This document shows, piece after piece, positions 62,070 to 64,000 of a stretch of DNA of 64,000 bases. This stretch comes from Callorhinchus milii (Eukaryota): NCBI RefSeq assembly GCF_018977255.1, contig NW_024704743.1, positions 109,928,001 through 109,992,000 on the forward strand. The letters are read 5' to 3'. Positions within the stretch are counted from its first letter, which is position 1; every line of letters starts with the position of its first letter. Under the pieces are notes generated by a model. It searched no databases and was not told the origin of the DNA. It saw only the letters and a program-made list of their open reading frames with translations. The position numbers and the translations under genes are program-made.

Positions 62070-63020
62070 TTTTACTGATTGCAGAAGATTGCTGACTAGA
62101 GCAAAAAATTTATGAAATTGATATAGAGGCGATTCCTTATTTAACAGACAACAAAAGGAGGTTTTTCACAAGGGCTCAATTCAGTACCGAAGAGTCTCAC
62201 AAGGCATAGAGACTGCAGCTCAAACGACGTGTATGTAATGTAAAATATAGGAATGAAATTGTTTGGCTGTCTTTATTAGTCAGCAGGGTGTAATGGATAT
62301 GAATACCTAATACCAATATATTTCAATCTGCAACAGTTACAGACTATTGCAGATTGCAATTACTCCAAATATAATAATAATTTGGTCATTCAATCCACGA
62401 CTTTTTGTGGGACACTGCTGTGCGCAATTGGTTGCCGAGTTTCACCTACAAATTATACGGTCACTACACTTTACAGTATATTCTGTGAAGCGCTTTGAGC
62501 ATCTCAATGACATGATAAGGTGCTATAACAAATGTCCACATTGTAAAAATAATATTTTTTGCAGAAGATTTTAGTGACTGCAGAAGATTGCTGACTAGAG
62601 CTGAAAGTTTATAAGATGATATAGAGACAATTCTTTATTTATCAGGCAACAAAAGGAGGTTTCTCACAAGGGTTCAATTTAGTACGGAAGAGTCTCACAA
62701 GAGCTTAGAGACTGCAGCTCATATGACGTGTATGTAATGTAAAATCTAGGAATTGAATTGTTTGGCTGTCCTTATTAGTTAGCAGGGTGTAATAAACAAC
62801 CAAACAACTTGCATTTAAATAGTGCCCTTCATGCAGCTCAGCGTCCCGGAGTGCTTAAAGGATATGAAAACCTAATACCAATGTATTTCAATCTGCAATA
62901 GTTACAGACTCCTGCGGATGCACAGGAGTGAACAGATTGAAATCCCTCCAAAAATAATAATAAATTGGTCACTCAATCCACGAATGTTTGTGGTACACTG
63001 CTGTTCGCAATTGGCTGCCA
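62070..63020 (+). repeat. Direct tandem duplication, ~500 bp unit (about 280 bp non-SINE sequence plus a SINE 3' half)
   Basis: GCAGAAGATTGCTGACTAGAGC...CAACAAAAGGAGG...GACGTGTATGTAATGTAAAAT...TTTCAATCTGCAA occurs from 62081 and again from 62580. Confidence 0.9.
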
Positions 63021-63047
63021 CTACTGTGCGCAAGAATGCCGTTCTTA

Positions 63048-63460
63048 TAGGGTTGAAGCCAAATCTTGAAGTCGATCTGTTCGGTGATGGGGAGCCAGTG
63101 GAGCCTGGCCAGAACTGGTGAGATGTGGGTACGGAGTTTGGTCCGGGTCAGTATACCGCTGGCAGAGTTCTGAATGAGCTGGATTTTTTGAATGGTGGAG
63201 CTGGGGAGACCGGCAAGGAGTGCATTGGAGTAATCCAAGCGTGAGGTGACAAACGCATGCACAAGGGTTTTGGTTGCATTTGGGATAAGGTACGGTCAGA
63301 GGCAGCCAATGTGGGAGGTGGAAGAAGGCGGTCCTGGTCAGGGACCGGAGATGTGGGGGAGGAAGCACAGCTGGGGGTCAAACCGGATGCCTAGATTGCG
63401 CACGGATTCAGTGAGTGTCAGGGAAAGCCCAGGGAGGTTCAGGAGTTCAGATCCGCAGGA
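63048..63460 (-). mobile_element. L2 ORF2 fragment
   Basis: HAFVTSRLDYSNALLAGLP...HWLPITEQIDFKI. Confidence 0.9.
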
Positions 63461-63731
63461 TTGAAGACGTTGACGGGAGGAAATAACACATATTAGATTG
63501 TTGCAAAAAAAATATTAATTGCTTCTTTAACAAAAACTGTGTGGCCATTTTTTGGGATGGTGGGACACCATCGAGGCTACAGGAGCTCACCACCTCCTGT
63601 CTCCTGACACAGAAACCGAGAGAGATACACACACTCAAAGATACAGAGAGAGACACACACAGAGACCCAAAGAGAGAGAGACACACACATACACACACAC
63701 GAAAAGAAACAGAGAGACACACCCACTCACA

Positions 63732-64000
63732 AACAACAACAACAACAAAATTACATTTGTATTACGCCTTTCACGTTGGGAGGACGTCCCAAGGCGCTGG
63801 ACAGTCAGTGTTTTGAGCCCAAACTAGAGATTGGAATTGGGGAGGGTGGAGGGCAGTGGGGGGAAGCAGGGTGACCAAAAGCACAGTCGGAGAGGAGAGT
63901 CTTGAGATTGGTCTTGAAGGAGGCAAGGGAGGGGCGACATGGAGGGATTGCGGGATGGAGTTCCAGACGGTGGGGGCAGAGTGGCTGAAGGCCGATCCAC
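63732..64000 (-). mobile_element. L2 3' end (runs off the window)
   Basis: (CAA)n followed by CGCCTTTCACGTTGGGAGGACGTCCCAAGGCGC. Confidence 0.88.

Noticed and set aside
45251..64000. Next ADGRB1 exon (first TSP1 repeat, WxxWxxC)
   Set aside because: No such motif with splice sites was recognised; it probably lies beyond the window, though a short exon could be missed by eye.

Overview
Vertebrate genomic DNA. The repeat landscape (CR1 and L2 LINEs, Deu-domain SINEs, tRNA-Ala-headed SINEs with L2-type tails) suggests a cartilaginous fish, possibly a chimaera; the taxon is inferred. The one well-supported gene is the 5' end of ADGRB1 (BAI1, adhesion GPCR B1) on the + strand. Its first coding exon runs 44340-45250 (CDS 44503-45250, phase-1 GTAAGT donor) and encodes the signal peptide and the N-terminal CUB-like domain. 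It is preceded by about 8 kb of CpG-rich, transposon-poor sequence with simple repeats, probably the promoter, 5' exon(s) and intron 1. No downstream TSP1 exon was recognised, so the next intron appears to exceed 18.7 kb. The rest is dense with retroelement fragments, which together with low-complexity DNA explain almost all ORFs in the track. I see no clear new multi-gene system. The most interesting observations are an uORF whose stop overlaps the ADGRB1 start (ATGA), KGD in place of the mammalian RGD motif, an unclassified ~450-500 bp repeat present about 8 times, a diverged inverted duplication, a perfect G-rich 22-bp minisatellite, SINE/LINE tail sharing with recurrent nested insertions, and several candidate regulatory motifs. 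Repeat boundaries were judged by eye and are approximate.
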